Of a stretch of DNA of 22,292 nucleotides, positions 8,512 to 16,931 are shown in pieces; the first letter of the stretch is position 1; each line of letters opens with the position of its first letter. The stretch spans positions 1 through 22,292 of the forward strand of contig JBDRBK010000158.1 of NCBI GenBank assembly GCA_043822705.1, written 5' to 3'. This DNA is from Fidelibacterota bacterium. GTDB lineage: Bacteria > Fidelibacterota > Marinisomatia > Marinisomatales > TCS56. A program made the translations under genes and the position numbers. The notes under the pieces were generated by a model. It saw nothing but the letters and a program-made list of their open reading frames with translations. It did no database searches and was not told the origin of the DNA.

Positions 8512-9783
8512 TTATTGATCGGTCAAACCGACCAGGCGATTGATGGCGGTGTAAACCGGAAGTGTCTCCTGCGCGCCGCCGGACAGGTCTTTGAACTGGA
8601 CCGTGTCATTGGCCAGCTCGGCACCGCCGATAATCAGGGCGTGACCGGCGTTCAGCCGGTTGGCCTCCCGCAACTGGGCCTTGAGGCTGCGGCGCAAAAA
8701 ATCCGTGTCGCAACTGACGCCGTGATCCCGCAACTGTTGCAGCAATTCGAATGCTTTTACCCGGCCTGCGTCATCGGCGGCCACCAGATAGACTTCACAA
8801 CCAGGCGGTTCTGATTCCACGCCGGCCGCTTCCCGGGCCAGCAGCACCCGCTCGATACCGGCGGCGAAGCCGATTCCCGGCGTCGGCGGACCGCCCAGCG
8901 TTTCCACCAGACCGTCGTACCGGCCACCGCCGCAGACCGAACTCTGGGCGCCTAAAACCGGCGAGGTGATTTCAAAAGTCGTGCGCGTGTAATAATCCAG
9001 TCCGCGGACCAGAGTCGGTTCTTCGTCAAAAGGAATTTTAAGACTGTTCAGCAGACTTTTAACTTCGTCGTAATGAGCGCTGTCGTCGGCGGTCAGGTAT
9101 GCGGTGATGGCGGGAGCGTCGGCCATGATGGCCTGCTCGTGCGGCAGCTTGGTGTCGAGAATCCGCAGGGGATTGCTGTCGAATCGCCTCCGACTGGTCT
9201 CGGATAAATCGTTCAGATACGGCCGCAGGTAATCCTGCAGGGCCTGGCGGTAGCTGCTGCGACAATCACCGGAGCCGATGCTGTTAAGCTTGATCGTGAG
9301 TTGGTCCAGGCCGAATTCCTTCATCGAATTATAGGCCAGGGCGATGATTTCGGCGTCGATTTCGGGGTAGGCCGAACCCAGTGCTTCGACCCCGTACTGA
9401 TGGAACTGGCGGTAACGCCCGGCCTGAGGCCGTTCCTGCCGGAAGGCGCTGCCGATATAGTACAGTTTTGTCAGCGGGGACTGCTTGCCCAGGTTATGCT
9501 GCAGGTAGGCCCGGATCACCGGCGCCGTCAGTTCCGGCTTGAGGGTGATGCTGGCATCGCTCATGTCCCGGAAGGTGTACATTTCCTTGGAAACGATGTC
9601 GGTCTCGGCGCCGACGCCGCGGGCGAACAGCTCGGTCTTCTCGAATACCGGCGTACGGATTTCACGGTAACCGTAGCGGTCCATGAAACCGTGCAAGTGC
9701 AATTCCAGTTCCTGCCAGCGTCCGGACTGATCCGGTAAAATATCGTGGGTGCCCTTGATCGAGCGCAGGGAATCGATACTCAT
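8512..9783 (-). CDS. hisS: Histidine--tRNA ligase
   Basis: Motifs IKGTHDILP, KEMYTF, FRQERPQAGRYRQFHQ, LVRGLDYYTRTTFE, GGGRYDGL and GFAAGIER. Confidence 0.97.
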   Translation of the reverse strand: MSIDSLRSIKGTHDILPDQSGRWQELELHLHGFMDRYGYREIRTPVFEKTELFARGVGAETDIVSKEMYTFRDMSDASITLKPELTAPVIRAYLQHNLGKQSPLTKLYYIGSAFRQERPQAGRYRQFHQYGVEALGSAYPEIDAEIIALAYNSMKEFGLDQLTIKLNSIGSGDCRSSYRQALQDYLRPYLNDLSETSRRRFDSNPLRILDTKLPHEQAIMADAPAITAYLTADDSAHYDEVKSLLNSLKIPFDEEPTLVRGLDYYTRTTFEITSPVLGAQSSVCGGGRYDGLVETLGGPPTPGIGFAAGIERVLLAREAAGVESEPPGCEVYLVAADDAGRVKAFELLQQLRDHGVSCDTDFLRRSLKAQLREANRLNAGHALIIGGAELANDTVQFKDLSGGAQETLPVYTAINRLVGLTDQ

Positions 9784-9790
9784 CGGCGTG

Positions 9791-10120
9791 TCAGTCGATC
9801 AGGTCGTCGATGATCTGGCGCGCGGTGTCCAGCTTGTCTTCCGGAACATACAGGATAACTTCACCGCCGGTGGAACCCAGGCCGGAAATGTTGAAGGTCG
9901 AGGTTAGGGCATCGGACTTGATGAAGTGGGCGATTCCTTCCTGGTCGAGTATCTCGGCCACCATTTCGGCATAGGTTTTTCCGGGCAGGATTCCCGCTTC
10001 CACCCAATCGATTTCTTCCAGCGGCTGATCGACCGGCAGTGCTGCCACCAGGGTGACATTACAATCGGCGCAGACTTTGATTTCCGGTTGATACTCGGAA
10101 TGACACAGCGGACAGTACAT
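9791..10120 (-). CDS. DUF2007-type putative signal-transducing protein with N-terminal zinc ribbon
   Basis: CPLC..CADC followed by AEMVAEILDQEGIAHFIK and LYVPED..AR.II. An AGGAG RBS lies upstream. Confidence 0.8.
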   Translation of the reverse strand: MYCPLCHSEYQPEIKVCADCNVTLVAALPVDQPLEEIDWVEAGILPGKTYAEMVAEILDQEGIAHFIKSDALTSTFNISGLGSTGGEVILYVPEDKLDTARQIIDDLID

Positions 10121-10194
10121 GGTTGCTCCTATAGTTACCGATTAATTTGCAGATAAGCTTGCTTTAAACCAGTCCGAATTTAGGGCCGCAAGAC

Positions 10195-13100
10195 CTAATA
10201 ACCAGACAATCGGCTTTGGATACCGCCCTTATGTTTTACTTCCAGATCCTTAAGCTGGGGCGATTTCGGATGAATACTCAGGTAAAAACCGCGGCCGTAG
10301 CCCGTGGGCGTCCACTGCAGCGACATTTCCCAGCAATGCAGGTCACGGTGGATCGAAAAATTCTGGCTCAGCAGCTGTCTGGTTATCAGGTTGAAATAGC
10401 TGGTCTGTTCGATTCGCCAGTTTTTAGTCACCTGTAGGGTAACGCGGGCGTTCATCTGGAAGCGCTCCTGTTCGTTGAGCATCTGCGGATTAGTCAAACT
10501 GTAGGAGAATGACAGACCGGTCGACCAGAGCTTGTCGCCCTCGATTGCCCGCGGTTTGCGGTCGCGGATGTTCTCGCGGCCGATATCCGTGAATTCATCA
10601 TCAAATGCCGTAGTATCTGCCAGAGTATCGGCCACGGTGGCGATCGCTTTCAGGCGCTTGCCGGAAAAATTGAAACTCTGGGACATGGAGACATACGTCA
10701 GACGTGGCGTGGGAAAACCCCGGTCATTGACCCGGATTTTGTTGATCCGTTGCTGGGCGACCTCATCGAACTCATAGAAATCGTGTTTCAACCGCAGGTC
10801 CAGGTTCAATTTTTTGCCCAGCTTGGAACTGAGCGACGAACTTAAGATGTCCCATTTGAATTCATCGGCGACGAAGTTGTAACCGGAAGAAAAATTATAG
10901 GTAAACAGGTTCAGCTTGATTTCTTCCTCGCCCTTCTGCAGTTTGGCCTGGAAGGCATTATTGACCGAGAAGGTCATCCGCTTGGCCTCGGAACTTGACG
11001 TATTGCCGGCCCGGGTTCCGGCAAAACGATCCAGGTAGAGCAGTCTGCCGGTAGTATCGCGGATCGTAGCGAAATAGCCGAAATCATGTCCCAGGACGGG
11101 CCGGGAAAAATCCGGATTATAGGAAAACCCGAGCGTCGGCGATATCGTGTGTCGCAAGGCCTGCAACGCGCCGACACGCACCGGAAACAGGCCGTAGATC
11201 TGGGTGTTCAGATTGACGCTGAAGGAACCGGTCGTCCGGGCGGCGAATCCGGTTATTTCTTCTTTAATAATTTTATTGGCGGCCGAATCGAGGCCGGCGA
11301 TGGCATAGCTGCGGTCGACCCATTTGGATTGCAGGCTCAGGCTGGGGTTAAAAGTGATATATTTTAAAATTTTCTGCGGGCTGGATATGCTGCTGCCGTG
11401 TGACAGTACATAATCGGATTCGGACTGCACCGTGGGATTCCAGACGAACTGATCGGTCGAATCGGGATGGTCTTCGGAAAGATAATAGGTCTTCAGACTG
11501 TTATTGAAGCTGGCATTATAATTCCAGGTGACGTTATGATACCAGCGTTTAGCAGTCCCACTGGACTTAAAGAAATAATCCTGCCCGTGGCGGAATGAAA
11601 TACTGGGCAGCGTATTGGTGGTTATATTTAATTCCGTTCCGGCCTTGGTGGGCGCCTGGTAGAAAATACTGGTTGAATCGATTTTCTTTTCGGCCATCAG
11701 ATCGCGGGTGGAGTTGAGATTCAAGCCCATGGAATTTTTGGTGCCCTTCCAGCTTTTGGAATAGGAGAGGTTGGAACGGGACTGCTGCTGAAGGCGTCGC
11801 TCCAGGTCGATGCCGTTCTTGAGATTATAATCGACATTGCTCTGATAGGTGGCATTGACATTCAGCGACTGCTGCTTCCGCATGGTTTGACCGTGGGTCC
11901 ATTTTACATAGTAGTCGGTACTGGATCCGGGCTGAAACAGCTGCGTCACATCGTTGCTGCTGCCCAGGGTTTTTTTGAATTCCAGATTAAGTCCGCCGCT
12001 GAACCGGTAACGCACATTATAGCGGTTACCGAGCCGCACAGTGATGCCCTGTTTGTCGGCGAAGTCCAGCAAGAATTTCGAGTCCCAGCAATCATTGGGC
12101 GCCCAGTAGTAACCCATGCCGTCCAGATACTGGCCGCGGTGGCGGTTTTCGCCGTAGCCGGGCATGATCCAGCCCGAATGGCGGGCGCCACCCTGATCAG
12201 GAAAGATTCCCAGGGGCAGGGCGAATACCGGGATTCCGGCGATATACAGTACGATCGGCCGGGAAATGACTTTGTCGTTGTTGATCATCTTCATCCGACG
12301 GCCGCCGAAATGAAAATGCGGCACTTCCAGATCGCAGGTGGTGTAACTACTGTGGGCGATATAAATTGTTTTGGTGTCGGTGTTGCGGATTTCTTCACCG
12401 GCGTAAAAACCGTCGGCGGATTTGGTCCGCCCGGTGATCACCCGGCCATGCCGGGTCTTGAGGTTGTAGGCCAGGGACTCGCCCCGCAGCGGTTCCTTGC
12501 CGCGTTCGGCAATCGTCGGAATGACGGCCGCAATCAGCGAATCGCCGGGTACGGTCGGCAGCGCCCGCAGCAGATTATTGCGCCAAGCAACATTGATGAA
12601 ACCGGCCGACAGTTTGGTGTCGCCATAATCGATAACGGCACTGCCGCGCAGATCGGTCAGTTCACCGGCCAGGTCGTAATCCAGCCAATCGGACTGATAG
12701 ACGATCGGCTGGTCGATGCCGTCGTTGGTGGAATCGGGACTGAACTTGCCGCGGGCGCCGCCGCTGAGAAAAATCTGTTCCAGTTGATCGGCCCCGAACA
12801 GCATCAGCATCGTGTCACCGGAAGCATCATTGTTGCCCTGGTAGACCGAATCTTCGAAGATATGGTACAGGGTGGTCGCCATCCCTTCCAGGCGCAGCGT
12901 ATCAAGCCGGCCGTCGCTGAAGAAACCTTTCAGCACCTTGCCGGTCATGTCATCGATGAAGGCCACCGAATCGCGGACGATCACGGTGCTGTCGGCGCCG
13001 GCCGGCGAACGCTCCCGGAAGCCGGTGGTACGCTTGGTAACGTGAGCGTCGGCGGGGATATACATGGTGCGCAGAACTTCATCGCGGTACTGCAATTCGA

Positions 13101-13749
13101 TCATCTGACCGCTGAGCCGCTGACCGTCGTTTTTCACCACCGGATTCACCTGCAGCAGTGTCATTTCCCGGTCATGGGCGTAAACGGCCCGGCCGCAGGT
13201 GGCCACGCGCTGGCCCTCGGTGATGACCACGTTCCCCGTTGCGGTGTAGGAGGCGGCGTCCGCTTCCGGCGCCTTGTGGTAGGTCAGAATATCAGCGTCG
13301 ATCACCTGCGATTCCTGGACCAGCCGCACCCGGCCATGGGCGCTGCCGCTGTCCAGCTTGGTGAAATAATACAGGGTGTCGGCCACCAGATCGTAGTCGG
13401 GATCCCAGACATGGGTATTGCCGAAGCCTTTCAGCAGATCGTTTGGGGAATCGTGATGCAGCGAATCGCAGACCAGGGTCAGCTCATTCTGAATAATTTT
13501 AACGCTGCCGACCAGGGTCCCCTGGCCGGTTTTTTCATTGTAGCGGGCCCGGTCGCAGGTCAGGGTGACATCGCCCTTGGTGATCACAACCGCGCCGCGC
13601 AGAATCTGGATGGCCTGCCCGCGCACGGTGATATTTTCCAGCACGTCGGCCCGTTTCAGGTGCAGCCGGTCGTCGTCGCCGCCGACCAATGCGACCAGCA
13701 GCAGGATGCTTGCCAACGGTCCGAGATACTGCCCCCGCTTATTTTTCAT
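10195..13749 (-). CDS. lptD: LPS assembly protein LptD with an extended N-terminal OstA/LptA-like region (fusion)
   Basis: 1184 aa. Signal peptide, then about 340 aa of OstA-like jellyroll repeats (GAVVIT, TLTCDRA, TGNVVI, LRLEGMA), then an LptD core (YTTCDL, PHFHF, SGWIMPGYG, GMGYYWAP) and a C-terminal RDLHCWEM. Confidence 0.85.
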   Translation of the reverse strand: MKNKRGQYLGPLASILLLVALVGGDDDRLHLKRADVLENITVRGQAIQILRGAVVITKGDVTLTCDRARYNEKTGQGTLVGSVKIIQNELTLVCDSLHHDSPNDLLKGFGNTHVWDPDYDLVADTLYYFTKLDSGSAHGRVRLVQESQVIDADILTYHKAPEADAASYTATGNVVITEGQRVATCGRAVYAHDREMTLLQVNPVVKNDGQRLSGQMIELQYRDEVLRTMYIPADAHVTKRTTGFRERSPAGADSTVIVRDSVAFIDDMTGKVLKGFFSDGRLDTLRLEGMATTLYHIFEDSVYQGNNDASGDTMLMLFGADQLEQIFLSGGARGKFSPDSTNDGIDQPIVYQSDWLDYDLAGELTDLRGSAVIDYGDTKLSAGFINVAWRNNLLRALPTVPGDSLIAAVIPTIAERGKEPLRGESLAYNLKTRHGRVITGRTKSADGFYAGEEIRNTDTKTIYIAHSSYTTCDLEVPHFHFGGRRMKMINNDKVISRPIVLYIAGIPVFALPLGIFPDQGGARHSGWIMPGYGENRHRGQYLDGMGYYWAPNDCWDSKFLLDFADKQGITVRLGNRYNVRYRFSGGLNLEFKKTLGSSNDVTQLFQPGSSTDYYVKWTHGQTMRKQQSLNVNATYQSNVDYNLKNGIDLERRLQQQSRSNLSYSKSWKGTKNSMGLNLNSTRDLMAEKKIDSTSIFYQAPTKAGTELNITTNTLPSISFRHGQDYFFKSSGTAKRWYHNVTWNYNASFNNSLKTYYLSEDHPDSTDQFVWNPTVQSESDYVLSHGSSISSPQKILKYITFNPSLSLQSKWVDRSYAIAGLDSAANKIIKEEITGFAARTTGSFSVNLNTQIYGLFPVRVGALQALRHTISPTLGFSYNPDFSRPVLGHDFGYFATIRDTTGRLLYLDRFAGTRAGNTSSSEAKRMTFSVNNAFQAKLQKGEEEIKLNLFTYNFSSGYNFVADEFKWDILSSSLSSKLGKKLNLDLRLKHDFYEFDEVAQQRINKIRVNDRGFPTPRLTYVSMSQSFNFSGKRLKAIATVADTLADTTAFDDEFTDIGRENIRDRKPRAIEGDKLWSTGLSFSYSLTNPQMLNEQERFQMNARVTLQVTKNWRIEQTSYFNLITRQLLSQNFSIHRDLHCWEMSLQWTPTGYGRGFYLSIHPKSPQLKDLEVKHKGGIQSRLSGY

Positions 13750-15043
13750 AGCGCTCCGGCCAGAGTTCCCGCAGCCGCCGCCGGATGAAATCCTCGCGGC
13801 CCTGGTCGCCGGGGTGATAGAAGACGGTTTTCACATCCTCGGGCAGGTAGGTTTCCCGCACGAAATGACCCGGGTGGTCGTGAGGATACTGATAATCTTT
13901 GGCATGACCTTGTTCCTGCATGAGTTTGGTAGGTGCATTCCGTAAATGCAGGGGAACCGACGGAGTTCCACCGCCGGCGCTCACAGCCTGGCGGGCCGCC
14001 AGGATGGCCTGGTAGGAGGCATTGGATTTGGGCGCCCCGGCCAGATAGGTAGTGACCTGGGCCAGGATGATCGCCGCCTCGGGCATGCCGATCATATGAA
14101 CGGCATTAAAACCGGACTGGGCCAGGGTCAGGCCGTAAGGATCGGCATTGCCGATATCCTCGGATGCCAGCACGATCAGGCGCCGGGCGATGAATTCCGG
14201 CTGCTCGCCGCCTTCCAGCATCACTGCCAGCCAGTAGACCGCCGCATCGGGATCGCTGCCGCGGATGCTCTTGATGAAGGCACTGATCGTATCGTAATGG
14301 TAATCGCCGGCCTTGTCGTAAAGTTGGGCCCGGGACTGCAGCGCCTCGTTCAGGATTTCCGTCGTAATCGTTCCCTGACCACCGATCAGATCCAGGGCCA
14401 CTTCCAGGGCATTGAGCATTTTGCGGGCGTCGCCGCCGGCCGACTGGATCAACCGCTCGCGCACCTCCGCCGGCAACTGCACCGGAACCCGGCTGAGAAT
14501 GACATCGGAACGGAAGGCCCGTTCCAAAATCGCCGCCAGTGCCTCGGTGGAGAGAGCGTTGAGACGCAGGACCCGGCAGCGCGAAAGCAGGGGACCGATC
14601 ACCTCGAATGAGGGATTTTCGGTGGTGGCGCCGATGATGATCACCACGCCTTCTTCAACAGCGTGCAGCAGGGCGTCCTGCTGGGATTTGCTGAAGCGGT
14701 GGATTTCGTCGATAAACAGGATCGTGCTGCGGCCCAGGGCCCGGTTGCTTTTACCGCGCTGGATCACGTCCCGCAAATCCTTGACGCCGCTGGAAACGGC
14801 GGACAGTTCGTGAAACGCCGAATCGGTGCTATTGGCGATGATCCGGGCCAGGGTGGTCTTGCCGGTGCCGGGCGGACCCCACAGGATCAGGGAAAACGGT
14901 CGCTGCTGAAAAACCATATGCTGCAGGATTTTCTTGTCGCCCACCAGGTGCTCCTGGCCGATATATTCGGCCAGTGCCCGTGGCCGGACCCGGTCCGCCA
15001 GGGGCGGCAGGTGTGACTCAAATAATGTGGGATCGTCTGACAT
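13739..15043 (-). CDS. rarA: Replication-associated recombination protein A (RarA/MgsA AAA+ ATPase)
   Basis: Motifs PLADRVRP, Walker A GPPGTGKTT, LFIDEIHRF, GATTENPSFEV, SAFIKSIRGSDPDAA, ASEDIGNADP and VPLHLRNAPT. The ATG at 15043 was chosen as start. Confidence 0.96.
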   Translation of the reverse strand: MSDDPTLFESHLPPLADRVRPRALAEYIGQEHLVGDKKILQHMVFQQRPFSLILWGPPGTGKTTLARIIANSTDSAFHELSAVSSGVKDLRDVIQRGKSNRALGRSTILFIDEIHRFSKSQQDALLHAVEEGVVIIIGATTENPSFEVIGPLLSRCRVLRLNALSTEALAAILERAFRSDVILSRVPVQLPAEVRERLIQSAGGDARKMLNALEVALDLIGGQGTITTEILNEALQSRAQLYDKAGDYHYDTISAFIKSIRGSDPDAAVYWLAVMLEGGEQPEFIARRLIVLASEDIGNADPYGLTLAQSGFNAVHMIGMPEAAIILAQVTTYLAGAPKSNASYQAILAARQAVSAGGGTPSVPLHLRNAPTKLMQEQGHAKDYQYPHDHPGHFVRETYLPEDVKTVFYHPGDQGREDFIRRRLRELWPERYEK

Positions 15044-15051
15044 AACCAATC

Positions 15052-15081
15052 AATTTATTTCGGATTACAAGCCAAATGCAA
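15052..15081 (-). promoter_or_regulatory. Putative sigma70 promoter for rarA (leaderless-like)
   Basis: TTGCAT-18 nt-TAAATT, ending 8 nt before the ATG. No Shine-Dalgarno is present. Confidence 0.4.
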
Positions 15082-15138
15082 TCGGTTGGAAGATTTGCGG
15101 CTAATCGCGGTGCTCACTGGATAAAATCGTTAATTCGT

Positions 15139-15167
15139 GTGCAAGGCAGTGGCGGAAATTGTAAACT
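15139..15167 (+). promoter_or_regulatory. Putative sigma70 promoter for the FKBP gene
   Basis: GTGCAA-17 nt-TAAACT, followed by a TAAGGAG RBS at 15181-15187. Confidence 0.4.
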
Positions 15168-15195
15168 TGCCCCTTGAAATTAAGGAGATGATATA

Positions 15196-15627
15196 GTGTT
15201 AAACAGCAGAAACCGGCAATTGATCGCTGTTTTGGCAATGGCATTGCTGATGACTCTGATCGGCTGCGGAAAGGAACTGGAAGTGAAATCGAGTAGTGGA
15301 TTGATTTATGTCGATGAGAAAATCGGCGACGAAGACGGTCCGGCAGCCGAATCCGGCAAAGTTGTGACGGTCAATTATACCGGTATGTTCGAAGATGGTA
15401 AAGTGTTCGATTCATCGTTAAACCCAGGCCGTGAGCCGTTCAGATTCACCCTGGGCAGCGGACAGGTCATCCGTGGTTGGGACGAAGGCGTGGCCGGCAT
15501 GAAAATCGGCGGCAAACGCAAGTTGACGATCCCGCCGCATCTGGCTTATGGCGAACGGGGTGCCGGGGGTGTGATCCCGCCCAATTCCACCCTGGTTTTC
15601 GAAGTCGAATTGCTGGGTGTTGAGTAA
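15196..15627 (+). CDS. FKBP-type peptidyl-prolyl cis-trans isomerase, probable lipoprotein
   Basis: Lipobox LIGC; motifs [40 protein letters not shown] and [14 protein letters not shown]; strong RBS. Confidence 0.95.
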   Translation: MLNSRNRQLIAVLAMALLMTLIGCGKELEVKSSSGLIYVDEKIGDEDGPAAESGKVVTVNYTGMFEDGKVFDSSLNPGREPFRFTLGSGQVIRGWDEGVAGMKIGGKRKLTIPPHLAYGERGAGGVIPPNSTLVFEVELLGVE

Positions 15628-15642
15628 TTCGAGATTAATTGA

Positions 15643-15807
15643 ATGTGGTTCTGGTTAATATTTATCGCGATCGGACTGATTTTCGTCTGGAGTTATTTCC
15701 AGCAGCAGGCGCCGCAAAAAAGAACCGGACCGCGGGCACCAGAAGAACCGACGCCATCACCGAAAAAGAAAAAACCCTTCATCCGCATCGAGCGGGTCGA
15801 GGACTGA
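15643..15807 (+). CDS. Small single-pass membrane protein, 54 aa (unannotated)
   Basis: Manual translation gives MWFWLIFIAIGLIFVWSYFQQQAPQKRTGPRAPEEPTPSPKKKKPFIRIERVED. It starts 15 nt after the FKBP stop and ends with tandem TGA TAG TAA stops. Confidence 0.65.
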   Translation: MWFWLIFIAIGLIFVWSYFQQQAPQKRTGPRAPEEPTPSPKKKKPFIRIERVED

Positions 15808-15822
15808 TAGTAATTTTTTTCT

Positions 15823-15850
15823 GTAGGGACAAGACATGTCTTGTCCCTAC
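15823..15850. repeat. GTAG-tagged REP-like perfect palindrome
   Basis: GTAGGGACAAGACATGTCTTGTCCCTAC is a perfect 28-nt palindrome. It lies between the convergent small ORF and the tRNA 3' end. Confidence 0.8.
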
Positions 15851-15868
15851 TACAATAAAAATATAAAG

Positions 15869-15941
15869 AGCCACCGAAGGGATTCGAACCCCCGACCCGC
15901 GCATTACGAATGCGCTGCTCTACCAGCTGAGCTACGGTGGC
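15869..15941 (-). tRNA. tRNA-Thr(CGT)
   Basis: Acceptor stem GCCACCG/CGGTGGC, D arm GCTC-AGCTGGTA-GAGC, anticodon arm GCGCA-TTCGTAA-TGCGC and T loop TTCGAAT; 73 nt. CCA is not encoded. Confidence 0.97.
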
Positions 15942-15974
15942 AATTGTTTTTTTTTGGTCTTAAAAAGCGCGGGG

Positions 15975-16002
15975 AAAATACGCAGCCTGCGGACGATTTC
16001 AA
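15975..16002 (-). promoter_or_regulatory. Putative stable-RNA promoter for tRNA-Thr
   Basis: TTGAAA-16 nt-TATTTT, followed by a GC-rich discriminator-like CCCCGCGC. Confidence 0.4.
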
Positions 16003-16003
16003 A

Positions 16004-16906
16004 TCATCGTTTCCCGGAATTCAATCGCTGAATAGCTTCAGCGAAGGCTTGTCCCAGGGCGATCAGGCTGGGGCTGTCGTAGTGAGCGCCATCGGCGACA
16101 TAGCCATAGCTGTCGGTATCGGTGATCAAAGCGGCGCGGTGGTCCTGCGCCACGAAACCGGCCTGAGCGGCGCGGACAATTCCGGCATGATCCCAGAATT
16201 TACCGTCACCATCCTGGCCTGAATCGGAAATCCGGCCGATCGCCACCGGTAAATCGGGGTTCCCCAGTTCATCCCGGACGGCCTGTACCAAGCGCGCCAG
16301 GTTGTGCTGATAGCGTTCGGCGATCGCCGCCGAGTAAAGCGCATCACTCTCACCCTGCATCCAGATTAGTCCCGCCGGGACCAACCGGTCCGGGCGGCCG
16401 TCGCCATCGATATCTTCCACCGCCAGGGCGTTGCGGACCGTCGTCAAGAAATGATCGAATTGGTTTGTGCCGTCAAAATCGGGCGTCCAGCAGCCGAAGA
16501 CATCCGCTGCCGCCGTATCGATGGAGGTGCCCGCCCGGGAGTATTTGACCAGGGCGATCGGCACCGCGGGCTGCAACTCGCGCAGCCGCCGGGCGAAGGA
16601 GAGCTCGAGGCCGAACAGATCTGAATAATGGTTTACGGCGCCATCGAACCAGAAACCCCAGCCATGGCCCGGACGCAGTGGCGACCATTTACCCAGGCCG
16701 CCGAGGTCGCCACCGTCGGGAGCGCTGTTGCCGTGAAAAATCATTACGGTGGAGTCAGGACTGGTCAATTCGGCCGGCAGGTCGCTGACCGTCCCCAGTC
16801 CGTCCATGTTGGACTGGCCGGCCAGGAAATAGACCTGCCAGGTGGTTTGTGCGAAGAGCGATTGTGTCATGATGAAAAGCAGCAGATTGATTATGAATCC
16901 GTTCAT
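16004..16906 (-). CDS. Secreted SASA-domain (SGNH) sialate/carbohydrate O-acetylesterase
   Basis: Signal peptide; LAGQSNM (catalytic Ser), FGLELSF, WMQGESDA and DGAHY (DxxH). Confidence 0.88.
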   Translation of the reverse strand: MNGFIINLLLFIMTQSLFAQTTWQVYFLAGQSNMDGLGTVSDLPAELTSPDSTVMIFHGNSAPDGGDLGGLGKWSPLRPGHGWGFWFDGAVNHYSDLFGLELSFARRLRELQPAVPIALVKYSRAGTSIDTAAADVFGCWTPDFDGTNQFDHFLTTVRNALAVEDIDGDGRPDRLVPAGLIWMQGESDALYSAAIAERYQHNLARLVQAVRDELGNPDLPVAIGRISDSGQDGDGKFWDHAGIVRAAQAGFVAQDHRAALITDTDSYGYVADGAHYDSPSLIALGQAFAEAIQRLNSGKR

Positions 16907-16931
16907 GGTTAGCCGGCGCGACTCCCGCCAA

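Noticed and set aside
11887..13788. 633-aa plus-strand ORF
   Set aside because: It is an antisense shadow of lptD with no family motifs.
15823..15850. Bidirectional intrinsic terminator
   Set aside because: The hairpin is followed by A-rich rather than U-rich sequence on both strands.
15869..15941. tRNA as an integration site of a genomic island
   Set aside because: I saw no integrase and no duplicated tRNA 3' end in the window.
15639..16222. Track ORFs 15639-15866 and 15836-16222
   Set aside because: They run through the REP and/or the antisense tRNA. The 54-aa ORF in another frame is far more protein-like.
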